Origin: Mizuhopecten yessoensis
Lineage: Eukaryota
Length of the DNA stretch: 64,000 nt
Direction of reading: 5' to 3'
Assembly: GCF_002113885.1 (NCBI RefSeq)
Contig: NW_018408786.1
Coordinates: forward strand, 1,223,136 to 1,287,135
Shown here in pieces: positions 11,286 to 24,352 of the stretch. The position numbers and the translations under genes were made by a program. The stretch's first letter is position 1. Every line of letters starts with the position of its first letter. The notes under the pieces are model-generated. The model searched no databases and had not been told where the DNA came from. It saw nothing but the letters and a program-made list of their open reading frames with translations.

Positions 11286-14200
11286 AAGCCAACTAACTAC
11301 CAGTCAAGTCTGTGATATCTCCTTGTATTGTCATAATACAGATGTCTGTCATCACAAGTTCTCACTCCAAACAGGAAACAGAGAACATCAAAGATATCTG
11401 AGGAACGGTTCATTCTGTTAATTAGTGGTCAGGCTTGAGAGACAGACAGTGATGTTGTGAGTGGTCGAAGTAGTGCAGATACTGTAGCTTTTATCATAGT
11501 TCAAAGACTGCAGAGATCTTTTTAACATACATAGGAATCCTGTTAAGTTTGACAAGTTTTACCCATTTAAATCTGTCAACCAGCATGGCTACATTCACAT
11601 AAAGTAGCAGCTTGCAGTAATTATGTAACATCCTGACCTAGCATTACAGTGTAAATGTTTACTTATCATTCCAAGCACTTACTTAGACTGACACACACAA
11701 CAGTTCAGTTGGTGCTTGATGTTGAACTGTCCATGTAACAAAACTAACTACAAAGTAACCTGTCTATACCAAACCCTGTATAGTAGGGAAACCTGTATAA
11801 AACTGGTCTTCAACATTATCCAAACACAGATTATGCAACTTAAATCTGTGTAGCCTAAAAACTGCCTATTCCCACGGGAAAAATTGAATCTTTCACCTCC
11901 TTGTGTGGCGAAATGGGCAAATCTCAACCCTAAAAACAAGATTCTTCAGTTGTCAAATTGCACACTTGCCAAGGTTTTTGACAATTTATTACTATATTTT
12001 ATTTCCTGTGGGTTGAATACACCTACATCATTATGATGCAGTTATGTGTTTTCACCTTCAGGAAATTACTGTTATTTCCTGGACACAAACCTGACACACG
12101 AGGCGTGGAAAATAGATATCCATTCATTCATCATTGTATTTACATTTTTTTTACATATTTTCCATGCTCTGATTGGAATGACATATGATGTATACCCTAA
12201 CTTAATTTTGTTATTTTGCATAAACATTAAAACGGTTGCTTTATATTTTAACCTGTTGAACGTTTCAACAGATTTTGTGGGGCATTCAAAACTGTAGCTA
12301 TATAAATTACATGTAAATTTCAAAGGTTCACCCGATATTAAAAACCTATAACTAAGTTACTTAGATTCCAAAAAACCTGCGTTTGATGCTGTGTAATCGT
12401 ACAAGTATGCACGCCGACCAGGAATGAACTACTCGGAGATTAGACCCGATGAAATCTTAGCCCCCTTTATCTTTATGCTTTCCCCTTTCAATTCTCATAT
12501 TAATCCAACAATCGCCAGACTTTTTTCCTCCAAACTTTATCGTGTTTGTTATCAGCGACATATACTGTAACCCGCCAAGCGGAATAAAGAAAGCACTTGA
12601 TTATCACTCATAATCCGGATTGTGTTAACAAAGTCGGGCCAAAGTTGTCAGATGATGAGTTCATCATATTTTAAAAAGCTTTACATTTTATTTTTTTTGA
12701 TGAGCGATGAAGCCTTAATATGAACTACTGTTACAATTCCTTTGTAATGTGTTACATTCCTCACAAGCCGTAACGTAAGTACGGCTATCTGTGTGTAGCG
12801 CTCCTTACATGTAGCAAAGTAAGCAAGACTATCTATAATTCCTGTTTGATACGACAATGTACCGAGAGAAGGGCTAGGTGATGCAGTCGGAGATAAAAGC
12901 TTGGTAAACTTTAACACTGAGGCCAACAGCAGCTGATGTAACTAAACCATCCCAGTGTTAACATGGATTCAGCTTTTAAAATAAAAAATAAACCTTATCT
13001 TACTAAAATCATCCTACCATTAACATTGTTACAGGATTTTTGAAAGTTTTTGTCCATTACATTCACTTTTTAAAAAATAATTGTTTTACATTGTCCTGGA
13101 TTTCCTAGTCCACAGTCGGAGTATTTCAAAAACATCAGATTTCCAATTTTATTCACAGTACTAATAGTCATCAAACTACAAGCCATATTTCAGAATTTGT
13201 CTAATTCAGCTGCTTTCTCATATGAATAACACTGTAATAAATGTTACTGTTTCTGTGTTTAATCTTAACAAAAGTGCAGCCATACATAGGTTAAGGTTAT
13301 AGGTTAGGATAAAATACTTGCAGGAGGGGGGAGATTAATTTGATATCCTGTTTTACTCTCACTTCCTAATTACCACAGCTTTACATTAGGTGCATTGCTT
13401 TAATTTCCCTCATTGTTAATTGTCTTAAGATTCCTTAGATTCTCTGCTGTCTGTCAAGTTTCCTCTGTGACCAAGAAAACATCCCATGTACCCTTAGCCA
13501 TAAGCTATACTCATACATCATGATACAATAAAGTGCCCCTCCAACTCCTCCCAGTACAGATGAAGTGTTGGGAGGGGGGGTTAAGTATTTACACAAAGTA
13601 CCTCATCGCCTCCCCCTCCCCTCCCCCTCACACCAATTATGTACATTACACATAGCAAATAGGATATTCTCCCTAGCCCTAGTCTTCTGTAATAAACAGA
13701 CTAAGGACACAAATCACATTTCCCCCCACTAGCCAAAAAATCTAAGATTTACATTTTGTCAACTCATCACTACAGTTCTACCTTGAGCTTTGTGTGTATA
13801 TGTATACAAGCCTGTACAATATGGATGGTAAGAACTCCCTTTGAACACTGTAGGTACACCAGACTCCAGTCTATAGGTGCCAGATGGTTAGGGTTAAAAG
13901 CGGAGAGAAAGCATGTCTTAGACATATCACAGTAAGTGAAGGAACATATGCTTCTCTGTGTAACCCTAGCATGACTTATACATTGTATACACTACAACTA
14001 CACCAGGGACTCAAATGACCTGTATCTAGGTCTACCACAGCCTCCTCAGGTGATTCCAGTTCACAAACAGACATTATGTTACTATCATCATGATCATATG
14101 TAATCTCTTTCTCCTATTCTGTGTTATGATGTTTTTGCTCAAGAGATTCAAATCCATTGAGTCTAAACATCTTATTGACGATTTAACTTGAAAGCCCATA

Positions 14201-14385
14201 ATCCTGTTCAGAGTGTCTCCTTAGTTATATACAAGACATCATATAATCCCCCCCCCCCCCAAAAAAAAAATTTAAATGACTATATTCATGTTTTCTGTTA
14301 ATACAGTGGGTAATTTCAGTTCAGCTCATCATGAAGAACATCTGAGAACAGGAAGTGATACGTCCTTTAAGTGCTGGGCTGGCCG

Positions 14386-14538
14386 CAAGCCTCTAGAAAT
14401 CCCTTAGTAAGAGTATTATGATACATCTACATGATACAAGACTTTAAGAACTGACCACAAGCCTCTAGAAATCCCTTAGTAAGAGTATTATGATACATCT
14501 ACATGATATAAGTCTTTAAGAACTGACCACAAGCCTCC
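14386..14538. repeat. 72-bp tandem duplication (about 2 copies)
   Basis: caagcctctagaaatcccttagtaagag... starts at 14386 and again at 14458. Confidence 0.9.
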
Positions 14539-15376
14539 AGGAAGCTCTAAGGCAAAAGTGGAAAAGATACCACATTTACCACTAATAAGACTATGATGAA
14601 GTACAGCAAACTGTTTATAATTAGCTATGTCTCCTCACTGAGAAAATGTTTCTATAATTTAACAGTTTTGCACTGCAGATATATTTAGTGAATTTTGTAC
14701 TGAAGAGTTCTTGTTGGGAAAAGGTCAGGTGTAGCTCATTGCAGGCATTATAAACAAATGGTTTTTTTCAAAGAGGATTTAATATTAAGATGAATCCTTT
14801 TTATGCCGTAAATAATTTCCCGTTAATAATTTGCCATAGTGTGTGGTCTATACCGAACATATCGTCCTGACCCCAGTATTGGGCCGTCCTCGCTCAATAC
14901 AGCTCTGACAGGTAAAAATCATATTACATGATAAATGGGAATTTCTGTGTAATTTAAAAAGTATTTAAAACCAGGCATAGGTCCCTCTCAGATATGATAA
15001 CATTGTTTTGGTCGGACAAACTTGTAAAATTACACATAATATCTTTGGAATCTTTGAATGCTTCAAGGAAGAGTGGACCTAGCCACCAACCACGCAGGGT
15101 AATACCAAAACACCTGTACAGGCGAACTTACCAAGTCTTCAAAATCTGGAGGGAGATTTTGAACTTACATATGTTCAAAATCAGTAGATTTTCTGTACAT
15201 TTCGCAATTTGCTTAAATCATTGCAGAGAACAATTTACCAGGTAAACTATCACACATATCCGATTTTACCATTTGATTAATAAATTTCATCGACTCTACC
15301 ATTTCCATAAAACATGAATAATTTTAAACAGGTGTATTGTATTTTTATGGTATGACAGGAAGGTCACTTCAGGATA

Positions 15377-16107
15377 CCCTGCCCTCCCAGACAATGACCT
15401 AACCAGCAAGGGCCAGTCCTGCCCTCCCAGTCAATGACCTAACCAGCAAGGGCCAGTCCTGCCCTCCTAGACAAGCTAACCAGCAGAGGCCCGTCCTGCC
15501 CTCCCAGACAATGACCTACCCACCAGGGGCCAGTCCTCCCCCCCTAGACAAGCTTACCAGCAGAGGCCCGTCCTGCCCTCCCAGACAAGCAAACCAGCAG
15601 AGGCCAGTCCTGCCCTCCCAGAGAATGACCAAACCACCAGGGGCCAGTCCTGCCCTACCAGACAATGACCTAACCACCAGGGGCCAGTCCTGCCCTCCCA
15701 GACAATGACCTAACCACCAGGGGCCAGTCCTACCCTCCTAGACAAGCTTACCAGCAGAGGCCCGTCCTGCCCTCCCAGACAATGACCTAACCAGCAAGGG
15801 CCAGTCCTGCCCTCCTAGAAAAGCTAACCAGCAGGGGCCCGTCCTGCCCTCCCAGACAATGACCTAACCAGCAGGGGCCAGTCCTGCCCTCCCAGACAAT
15901 GACCTAACCAGCAGAGGGACAGGCCTGCCCTCCCAGACAATGACCTAACCACCAGGGTCCAGTCCTGCCCTCCCAGACAATGACCTAACCACCAGGGGCC
16001 AGTCCTGCCCTCCCAGACAATGACCTAACCACCAGGGGCCAGTCCTGCCCTCCTAGACAATGACCTAACCAGCAGAGGGACAGTCCTGCCCTCCCAGACA
16101 ATGACCT
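15377..16107. repeat. GC-rich 39/40-bp minisatellite (gtcctgccctcccagacaatgacctaaccagcaggggcca), about 18 copies
   Basis: Direct tandem units with two interleaved variants. Confidence 0.95.
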
Positions 16108-17042
16108 ATTCAGCAGGGATGGTTCTGCTCTGACCTGGTATGACATTGGGACCCTTTGATCAGTACACATGTGTGGGGTCACAGTGTATCATATATATTA
16201 GTCAGTGTGTATTACAGTGTACCCTGAGGAGAGAACATCACCTAATGTATATCTAACATGTCAGACAGCCCCAAACTCTGGGGCCTCCAGGCCTCACATC
16301 ATCAGCCTATCTCAAACAACATCTACTCTCTTCTGCTTCCATAATAAATTCATTTTTTGTACAATTATTTCATGCTTGAGAGTGAAAGAGTTTATTTTCT
16401 AGATACTATACAAATGAATAAAATTCAACATTCCTTGTCTTTATTTGCATGGCTGTGTGTAGGTAGGTTATCTGAGGCTGTCAAAAATACACCCTTACTA
16501 TATTTTCGGTTAAACCTGTGTTCTGCTACACTGAAACTGACCAATCTGCTGTTGCTGTTGTTGGCTGACCATAACAACCTCTTCTAACCAACCTTAGCCT
16601 GTTGATGACTGACCGTTACACCTACCCCCTACCCTACCCCCCCCCCCCCCCCCCCTCCTCCATGACTAGTAAGGGTGGTACTGACCATCCTCACTCTGCT
16701 CCAGACTGACCATTACACCCATCTCCCACCTCCATGACAAGTAAGGGGGTGGTACTGCCCCAGACTGACCATTACCCCTGTCTGACCAGACAAGTGCTGG
16801 CTAATGATCCTGTAAACGTGTTTGTATATAATATATACACCAGCTGGAGTGTATCACTATCCCCCTATAGATAGATACAACTTTAACCCTTACAAACACG
16901 GGGAACATATCATCTCTCTCAGATCAATTACTGACATCAAGTTTTAGACATTCATCCTAATTATTTAAGTCAGAATGATTTCCTTGTAAGCTAGGTAATT
17001 GTATGGTTAAAGAAATCATTCTATATCTTCACCATTGGCACC

Positions 17043-17262
17043 TTCTCAAGCCGACAAAAAGCATTACTGAAAACTACTGACAAGAAAATTTATTATATTT
17101 CTCAAGCCAACAAAAAACATTACTGAAAACTACTGACAAGAAAATTTACTTTATTTCTCAAGCCGACAAAAAACATAACTGAAAACTACAGACAAGAAAA
17201 TTTACTTTATTTCTCAAGCCGACAAAAAACATAACTGAAAACTACAGACAAGAAAATTTACT
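17043..17262. repeat. 56-bp tandem repeat, 4 copies
   Basis: ctcaagcc recurs at 17045, 17101, 17157 and 17213. Confidence 0.92.
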
Positions 17263-18585
17263 GTATTACAATGAAACAAACTATCAGAAAAGTTTACTCC
17301 ATGATGCTGCATCTGTAATCTTGATAAAAAATACTATGCAAATATTAATAAAAATACCAGTAATTTTGTTTGTTGAAATTTGGAATTCTCTGGAGTTTTC
17401 TATTTCTAATAGTAGTGTGAATGTTTACTTTTCCCATCTGTTTTTTTTTTTTTTTTAAATTAAAAGTTTTTCTAATCTCAAAATGTAAGCATCTGGTGAT
17501 CCCTGATAGCTAAAATTTTATTTTATTACCGCCATTTTTTGTTAAACCTAATATTTTTATGCAACCTTAACCATTTTATTTTCCTTGAAGGAGTGTTCTA
17601 TACCTTTGTTAAATTTTCTGCATCAAATACCAGAGCCAATTTCCTCGATAGCTAGGTTCTCTAGGTGGGTCATCCACTACTGTCCAGACGGCCAAAGCGC
17701 GGAACCCAATACACTAGCTGCTTCAATCATTGGTTACATAAAACCCCTTAATTGCAATACAGGGAAACTTGAAACGTACAAAAATTGTCAGGCATTTGCC
17801 AATGACAATGGGTGCCAGCTCTGTAGAGATCCTCCCATTGTCTGGGTGGTATGGGATAGGTCTGTACCTGTACCCCGACTCCACAGGTACACAACCAACA
17901 CTGTACTTTCTGTAGGTCAAACTTAAATCACACAAAAAAACACCCAGAACATGGGTCGTAAATACCAACGACTTGAGATAACAACAAATTCTGTTACATT
18001 AATTAATTACCTTTATTAATTGTTTATTTATTGATCTTATATTTCCATCCCTGGTATGTAAATATCTAAATTAATGTTTCGAATAACTGTTTTTAATCAC
18101 CAATGCCCCTAATATAAGAACTCGAGATTATGTCTTACTGGTGTTAAATGACCATAATCAGAATTTCCTGACATTTCCCCTGCTACACCCAGTAAAGTAC
18201 TGCAGACCTTGGAATTCTCTTCACACTACAGTGAAATATAAACAAACCACTAGCTTCAAGTTCATAAATCACATGAGACCACTGCGTTTCCTTTGAACAC
18301 CAAGTATGTTTCCAGACTAGTTTATATTTCACCATATATCAACCTTACAGATGATCTTACTCAAGATTGGTTGAAGTACCCTTTTTCCAGACAGAAAACT
18401 TACAAATCATGCACTTTTGCTGTCAATGAAATCTTCATTTTTGAAAATCCAAACCAATAAATTTTGATCCCTTGTATATTTTTGACTATAAGTCGCCTGA
18501 TACACAATATAAAAATCTGAGACACAAAATATTTGTCCTTAAAGTTTGAGGTCACTAAGGACAAATATATACAATTTACAGAATA

Positions 18586-18676
18586 TTTACTCATTCAGCC
18601 CTGAAATTTCATAATGAACTATTCCAACCTTTGAATGGGAAGAGTTCAAATGTGTCTTCAGGGGTGAATGAGTTAA
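18586..18676. mobile_element. ~90-bp TTAA MITE, copy 2
   Basis: Same TIRs and core as 7321-7410. Confidence 0.85.
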
Positions 18677-19936
18677 AATCTGGTGCTGTCCCATCTGTAA
18701 ATCTAATCTGTAAAAATTACATACACTCCTACCAAGCCAGGTTCATATCCTATCTATTCATATAGAATCAAAAGAAAATTGATTCGGACACTTCTATACT
18801 ACTATCAACATTGAAAACCCCACAAAATGTATCCAAAACCTCTTCAGTAGACTCGTTTAAAGCGTCCACAAATATGATATAGCTCATTACCATATTTCTA
18901 ACTCCCTTAACCCCCGAATGTATTTTGATCTATTTCTATAGAAAACCTGAAATAAATATGTATATATATGTAAACTGTATAAGGTTTCAAAAGTGATACT
19001 GAAAGCCAGCACTATGTAAACTGTCAAGAACATCAATGGGTCCAGGCTGTACCTTGGTATAGGTTTGACCAATCCACACTTGACACGAAGGTGTTGACAC
19101 ACAAACCCGACACCCACGTCGACCAACGACACCCAATAACACACAAAACGGGGCCAATTCAAAATCAATTGAATTTATAAAGGAAATATGCCACTGAATT
19201 GAAAACAAGAGTTAGCTATTCAATTCCATTCATCAGCAGTTTCTTTTGATGAACTGTTGTACCAATATTTTTGAACTATTTCCGTTGCGCCAGTATGGAG
19301 CCCGCCTTAGAACTCAATATTGACATGTAGGTCCAATATCAGACGATTTCGGATCAACACACTGATCTAGACGTAGCGGTTACCTAAGCTGTTCAAGAAT
19401 TCCTTTCTCAGATTTACAAGGAGTTTGGTTTTTTTTATGTCATTCACACGAAGTGCCTTTTAGTGTAAATTATTTCCAAACATCCAGCTAACTCTTTGTA
19501 TTCTACCACTAACAATAAGTGTGTTGTGATTTCTTAAATATATACATTTATACAAACTGCCCAATCCCTAAACACCATAATGACCAGTGGGTCAAACTTC
19601 TATGGGTGAAGGTGTCTATTTCTCGGTCAAGTTTGGTTAGTGGGCTCCCTATTTCAGAGGCTACCGGACTATGTATGTGTGGATTTAGGTACAAATATTT
19701 ACTGAACTTTGAATGACATGATGACAGCTCTGGCCAAATGGGAGCTACTTAACCCATACTGTACAAGTGGCAACTCCCACCTCTTAGGTCACAGGTTGAC
19801 AAGGAGTTCTTGGGAAACGTTTTGGAATAGTTCTGAAGTAGTGCTTCTAGCTAGCCAGATTTCTGCAAGTCCAGCATCACCTCTGGAGTAGTACTGCTTG
19901 CCAGATTTGATGAAATAGTACTACTATGAATTGAGT

Positions 19937-20346
19937 TCTGGAGTAGTGCTGCTAAGCCAGGAACTATGGAGATGTGCTACAAGCCAGGCTTTCTGGAGAA
20001 GTGCTACGAGCCAGGCTTTCTGGAGTAGTGCTGCTAAGCCAGAAACTATGGAGAAGTGCTATAAGCCAGACACTATGGAGAAGTGCTATAAGCCAGACAC
20101 TATAAAGAAGTGCTACGAGCCAGAAACTATGGAGTAGTACTGCTAGCCAGACCTATGGAGTAGTACTGCTAGCCAGACCTCTGGAGTAGTACTGCAAGCC
20201 AGACCTCTGGAGTAGTACTGCTAGCTAGACCTCTGGAGTAGTGCTGCTAAGCCAGAAACTATGGAGAAGTGCTACGAGCCAGGCTTTCTGGAGAAGTGCT
20301 ACGAGCCAGGCTTTCTGGAGAAGTGCTACGAGCCAGGCTTTCTGGA
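19937..20346. repeat. Composite ~27-30-bp minisatellite (ctggagaagtgctacgagccaggcttt and variants)
   Basis: Several unit variants arranged in blocks. Confidence 0.9.
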
Positions 20347-21521
20347 TTAAAACGGCTAGAAACCAGGGGTTTGAGCCACTACTACTAGTCAGTAGTGCCC
20401 CACACAATTTAGCAACAATGACTGAAATTTAGGCCCAAACTGCTACTAAACCACTAACATTTAGCTCCTTACCCAAACTATTTCCCTCATTATTTATTTA
20501 CATTATGTAATATATGTACTGCACCAAGTTCTGATAAAGCGACCTCATGATGGGTGATAAATGGAGTTACAAGTTGAATTGAATGATATTGACTTGACAT
20601 TTTGTAATTCTATGGCGTCACTGTCTGTAACAGGTAGTCAATGGCCGCTAGACTAAACAGGTCCTAACATACATAACTACACCAAATGGAGATAGATCGA
20701 CTCGGATCACACAAGATAACCCCCACACATCTCAACCAGTCATTTCATTTAAAAGTTTAATGGGATATTTTTTCTGGAAAGATTTCAAAATCCTAAATAA
20801 ATCTATTCAGTAGACACTTACTTAAGAATTAAAAGTTTAAACATTTTTTCTCTCTCTCTCTTTAAAAAGATTTTAAACCACACAAGATTAACTTACACAA
20901 TGTGTTTAAACAAACAAACCTGAATGACGAGTTTCTGCTAAATGTTCGGAGGCATCACATTCATTCAGGTTTAACAATGCAGTTTAGTGTGCAGAGAAAC
21001 ACATCAATCATGTGTTCCATATATAAATAAATTAAACAGCTGTTGATCTAAACATGTAAACAACAACAGGGATGTAGAATAAAACAGCCAGGACTACTTT
21101 TATAAAAGTTTCATTACTTTAATGACAATTTGAAGCAAAGATTTCTACATTTCTAAAATATTGAAGTTTACCAACTCAATTTTTATAAACAAAGATTCAA
21201 ATATTCAAACTTATCTCTGTTCCCAAACAACAGGTAACACAGGCATATCCATTAATTTTCATATGGTTTTTCAAAAATCGCAATTCAAAAGTTGAACAAA
21301 TAGACCCCAGGACATTTTTTACATTATAATCATAATGTGTTCCCTTAGACTGTGTAACTGCAATGTAACTTAAATTGATCTTCAAATAGTAAAAAATCTC
21401 TGCTTCAAAATAATACATTCTGGGAGATACTTCAAGAAATGCATCAAGGCACTAGCTGCATGTATCAACACACAAGGTGCATAACTGGCTATCTGTCTCT
21501 GTGACTACCAGACTATATATT

Positions 21522-21559
21522 GACTTGAGCAAGTCTACAACAATAGACTTGCTCAAGTC
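21522..21559. repeat. Perfect 16-bp inverted repeat with 6-nt loop
   Basis: gacttgagcaagtcta-caacaa-tagacttgctcaagtc. Confidence 0.9.
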
Positions 21560-23452
21560 CATAGACAAGAAATTGACCAAGCTGTCCAGCCTCCTGTCTG
21601 TGTGATATCACTGGGAGGGATACAATAAGCTGTACAATACTATATATTGTAAGACTGCGCTAGGTTGTGGGTGCTATGTGTATCTGGGGTGATGACATTA
21701 TCTGCAGGCTCACAGGAGAGGGTGTGGTAATCCATCTGTTGATAGCCGCTCCCTCACACAACAAGCAGTTTGTTGGCATTGATCATTAGTTAATTATGGA
21801 TAGGACAATACGGCAACTGTCATCCCCAAACCGAAAAGATCCGGCAATGTTTTGTGTATAGTCATACTTCCTTGTATAAACGTCATGATTGAACACAAAT
21901 GTAGTAGATATATGTAGCTTCCCTGTCTACAGGGTACACTCTGCTACAGTAGAAGATGAGAAGTAATTAATGTTAGCTATTCATCTAATGGAAAACAGTC
22001 TATAAGACCCTCACAGACCCGACTAACCAACCCTCATGTAGGTAATATTTATAGATAGTAATTATAAGTACCTCACAGTTCTCCCTGTTCTGGATTCTAT
22101 GATTCAGTATATGTATAATATATCAATACAAATTTCCCATACCAGTACTATGGGTCTGAGAGTGCAACTCCTTGACTTAGTGCATATTACACCAGTATTT
22201 TGTCATACTTATATATATAACTTGATGTAAAAACTTAACCAGCTGATGACAAACGGCCAGAGATAACATCAACCCTGACAATGTCTGCCCTGATCTCCAG
22301 TACTCCTCTTCCCCGACTGGGTCAAAGCATTCTGGGTCAATTTCACGTAAAACATCACTGTGTGCCAAGTTTGTTACAAAATCGTGTATCGCTTAGGTTT
22401 TAGTTTTTGGATTATAACCTAATTTGTGACCACAACTATTGTAGCTTTTTTTTAATCTAGTTGGAATCTTGCCTACTACAATGACCCAGTTTGATGATGT
22501 TGTCACAAGATTTTTACAAATCGTAACAAATGTCGGATGACTTACATGACCGTACGAGAAGAAAAAAATCAAAATGATTGTGCGGTAGATAAAGTGGGAA
22601 TCAATTGCGTGTCCTTATTAAGATGATAATATCTTTGCTTTGTCGTTCCGATAGATAAACAGGACGGAACATGTACATTTCCGCATGTTTACAAACTTGG
22701 CACGTACGTCTTGCCTGCTTAGGCTTTTTAAATAACATTTGTCCTTCGAGTAACGCTGATCATTAGCTGTTGTAATTCTCAACCTGTTTTAGACACAATT
22801 AGACCAAGCTGCTCTGTTTACAACCGTTCAATGTTGGTCAGCACTCGCCATTGAGCTCCTGTCAACAATCACTAGCTTTATAGACTAATATCACATCAAA
22901 TCAGGTGGCTTCCTTTTGAAAAACAATTAAAAACATCTAACGAGTTAAATTTGACAAACATGTACACCCAACTGCATGCCTTACTTTGTGTAGTCAACAA
23001 GACAGTCAAGTCTGTAAAGAAAATAGAACCTTTTTTCTTGCGTGAATCCACAATACATATAAAAAGAATAAAACCTTTTCCTTTGAAACAGGGCTTCATT
23101 CAAGGAAAAACTGCGGACAGGTATTTACTTTATAAAACACCACCTATACTGGCTGTTTAGTTCCGGATTTAAACTGTTAAATTATTGCCACAATACCTAA
23201 TGTCTGTATTAATGCCTCGTAAAGTCTGTACTCGGTGATACCCCTATACCATAACCAGCTTGGATCACAAATTATAGTTTTCCCAACTTAACACCCCAAA
23301 ACCGCCTGGTTCACTCGCTGTTCCAGGTCAGTGAAATCCCGGTTTATTGGCGGTTTGTGAGGGTTGATGGCCATTGTCTGTTCTCATCCTTATCCTCTAA
23401 CATTGTACTAGGGTAACTAGGATGTGCAGACCTACCGTCAACAATGTCATAC

Positions 23453-23509
23453 CTGGAGCCAAGAATGTCATATATGATCAGGAAAGTCACACACCCAGGG
23501 TCACATGAC
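23453..23509 (-). CDS. Candidate 57-nt exon containing a start codon (MTFLAP-, ATG at 23471)
   Basis: Good acceptor ctgtccccctacag| and donor CCAG|GTATGA. The ATG is in phase-1 register with an upstream in-frame TGA. Confidence 0.4.
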
Positions 23510-24152
23510 CTGTAGGGGGACAGAACGGTGGGGGTATTTATTTTTCCAGCTTTCACCCCCAATCTAACATGCATCTGTTTTTGAGTATTATCCAAATAGG
23601 GTTTCTCAAAAATTTCAAAAAAAACATTTATTTATGTAGAATGTTTAAATACGCAACATATAAACATATTCTAACTTCTGTGACAATGACTAATGTTTTC
23701 TTTATGCGACTTGCAAATTTTAAGATTTCCACATACCTGATTATTATTAAACATATTTTTAATCCACTTTAAGATGACATGACAAAATGATGAGATTACA
23801 GGTGTTATGCAAGACTGGAGGCTAATTTACCTATAAAGTGGGGATAATCCTGCTTAAGACCAGAGGGCCGGCATGGCGCCGCGTTATGAGGACGTGCATA
23901 GCTGGCAGGCTGACCACGAACGGGACAGGCATAGTTGGACGGGTGACAGAGGAACCATGAGGTCCCTACACCAACCTCATCCCTCCTTATGTAATGTGTA
24001 AATAGCTTAAGCTGATCAGTAAACTGATCTGGATCTCAGCCTGTGAGGTCAGTTCAGGTTTACCACAGGTCAGCCTAGCCCAATGTCAGCAACATAGAAC
24101 ATTGTCCAATATCCATGATCATATATACCATTATAATTTTACTAATTTTATG

Positions 24153-24352
24153 AATAATAATAATAATATACAGCATTTGATATAGCGCCATATCTAGCTA
24201 ACATAAGCCACTCTAAAGCACTTTACAGTACATAGATATTTTATACAGTCAATACAATAAGCATATATATTAATCAATACAATATTGAGGATTTCGCAGG
24301 AGCTGCCTTATCAGGCGCTAACTACTAGTCCTATGCCACCTGGCTAATACCT
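24153..24352 (-). mobile_element. Retroposon 3' end with L2-like tail and (ATT)n terminus
   Basis: The minus strand reads gtaaagtgctttagag...atggcgctatatcaaatgctgtatattattattatt, resembling L2-tailed SINE ends. Confidence 0.55.

Noticed and set aside
19931-20432. Repetitive ORFs (WRSATSQAF / MEKCYKPDT)
   Set aside because: Translations of 27-bp minisatellite units with no splice or start context.
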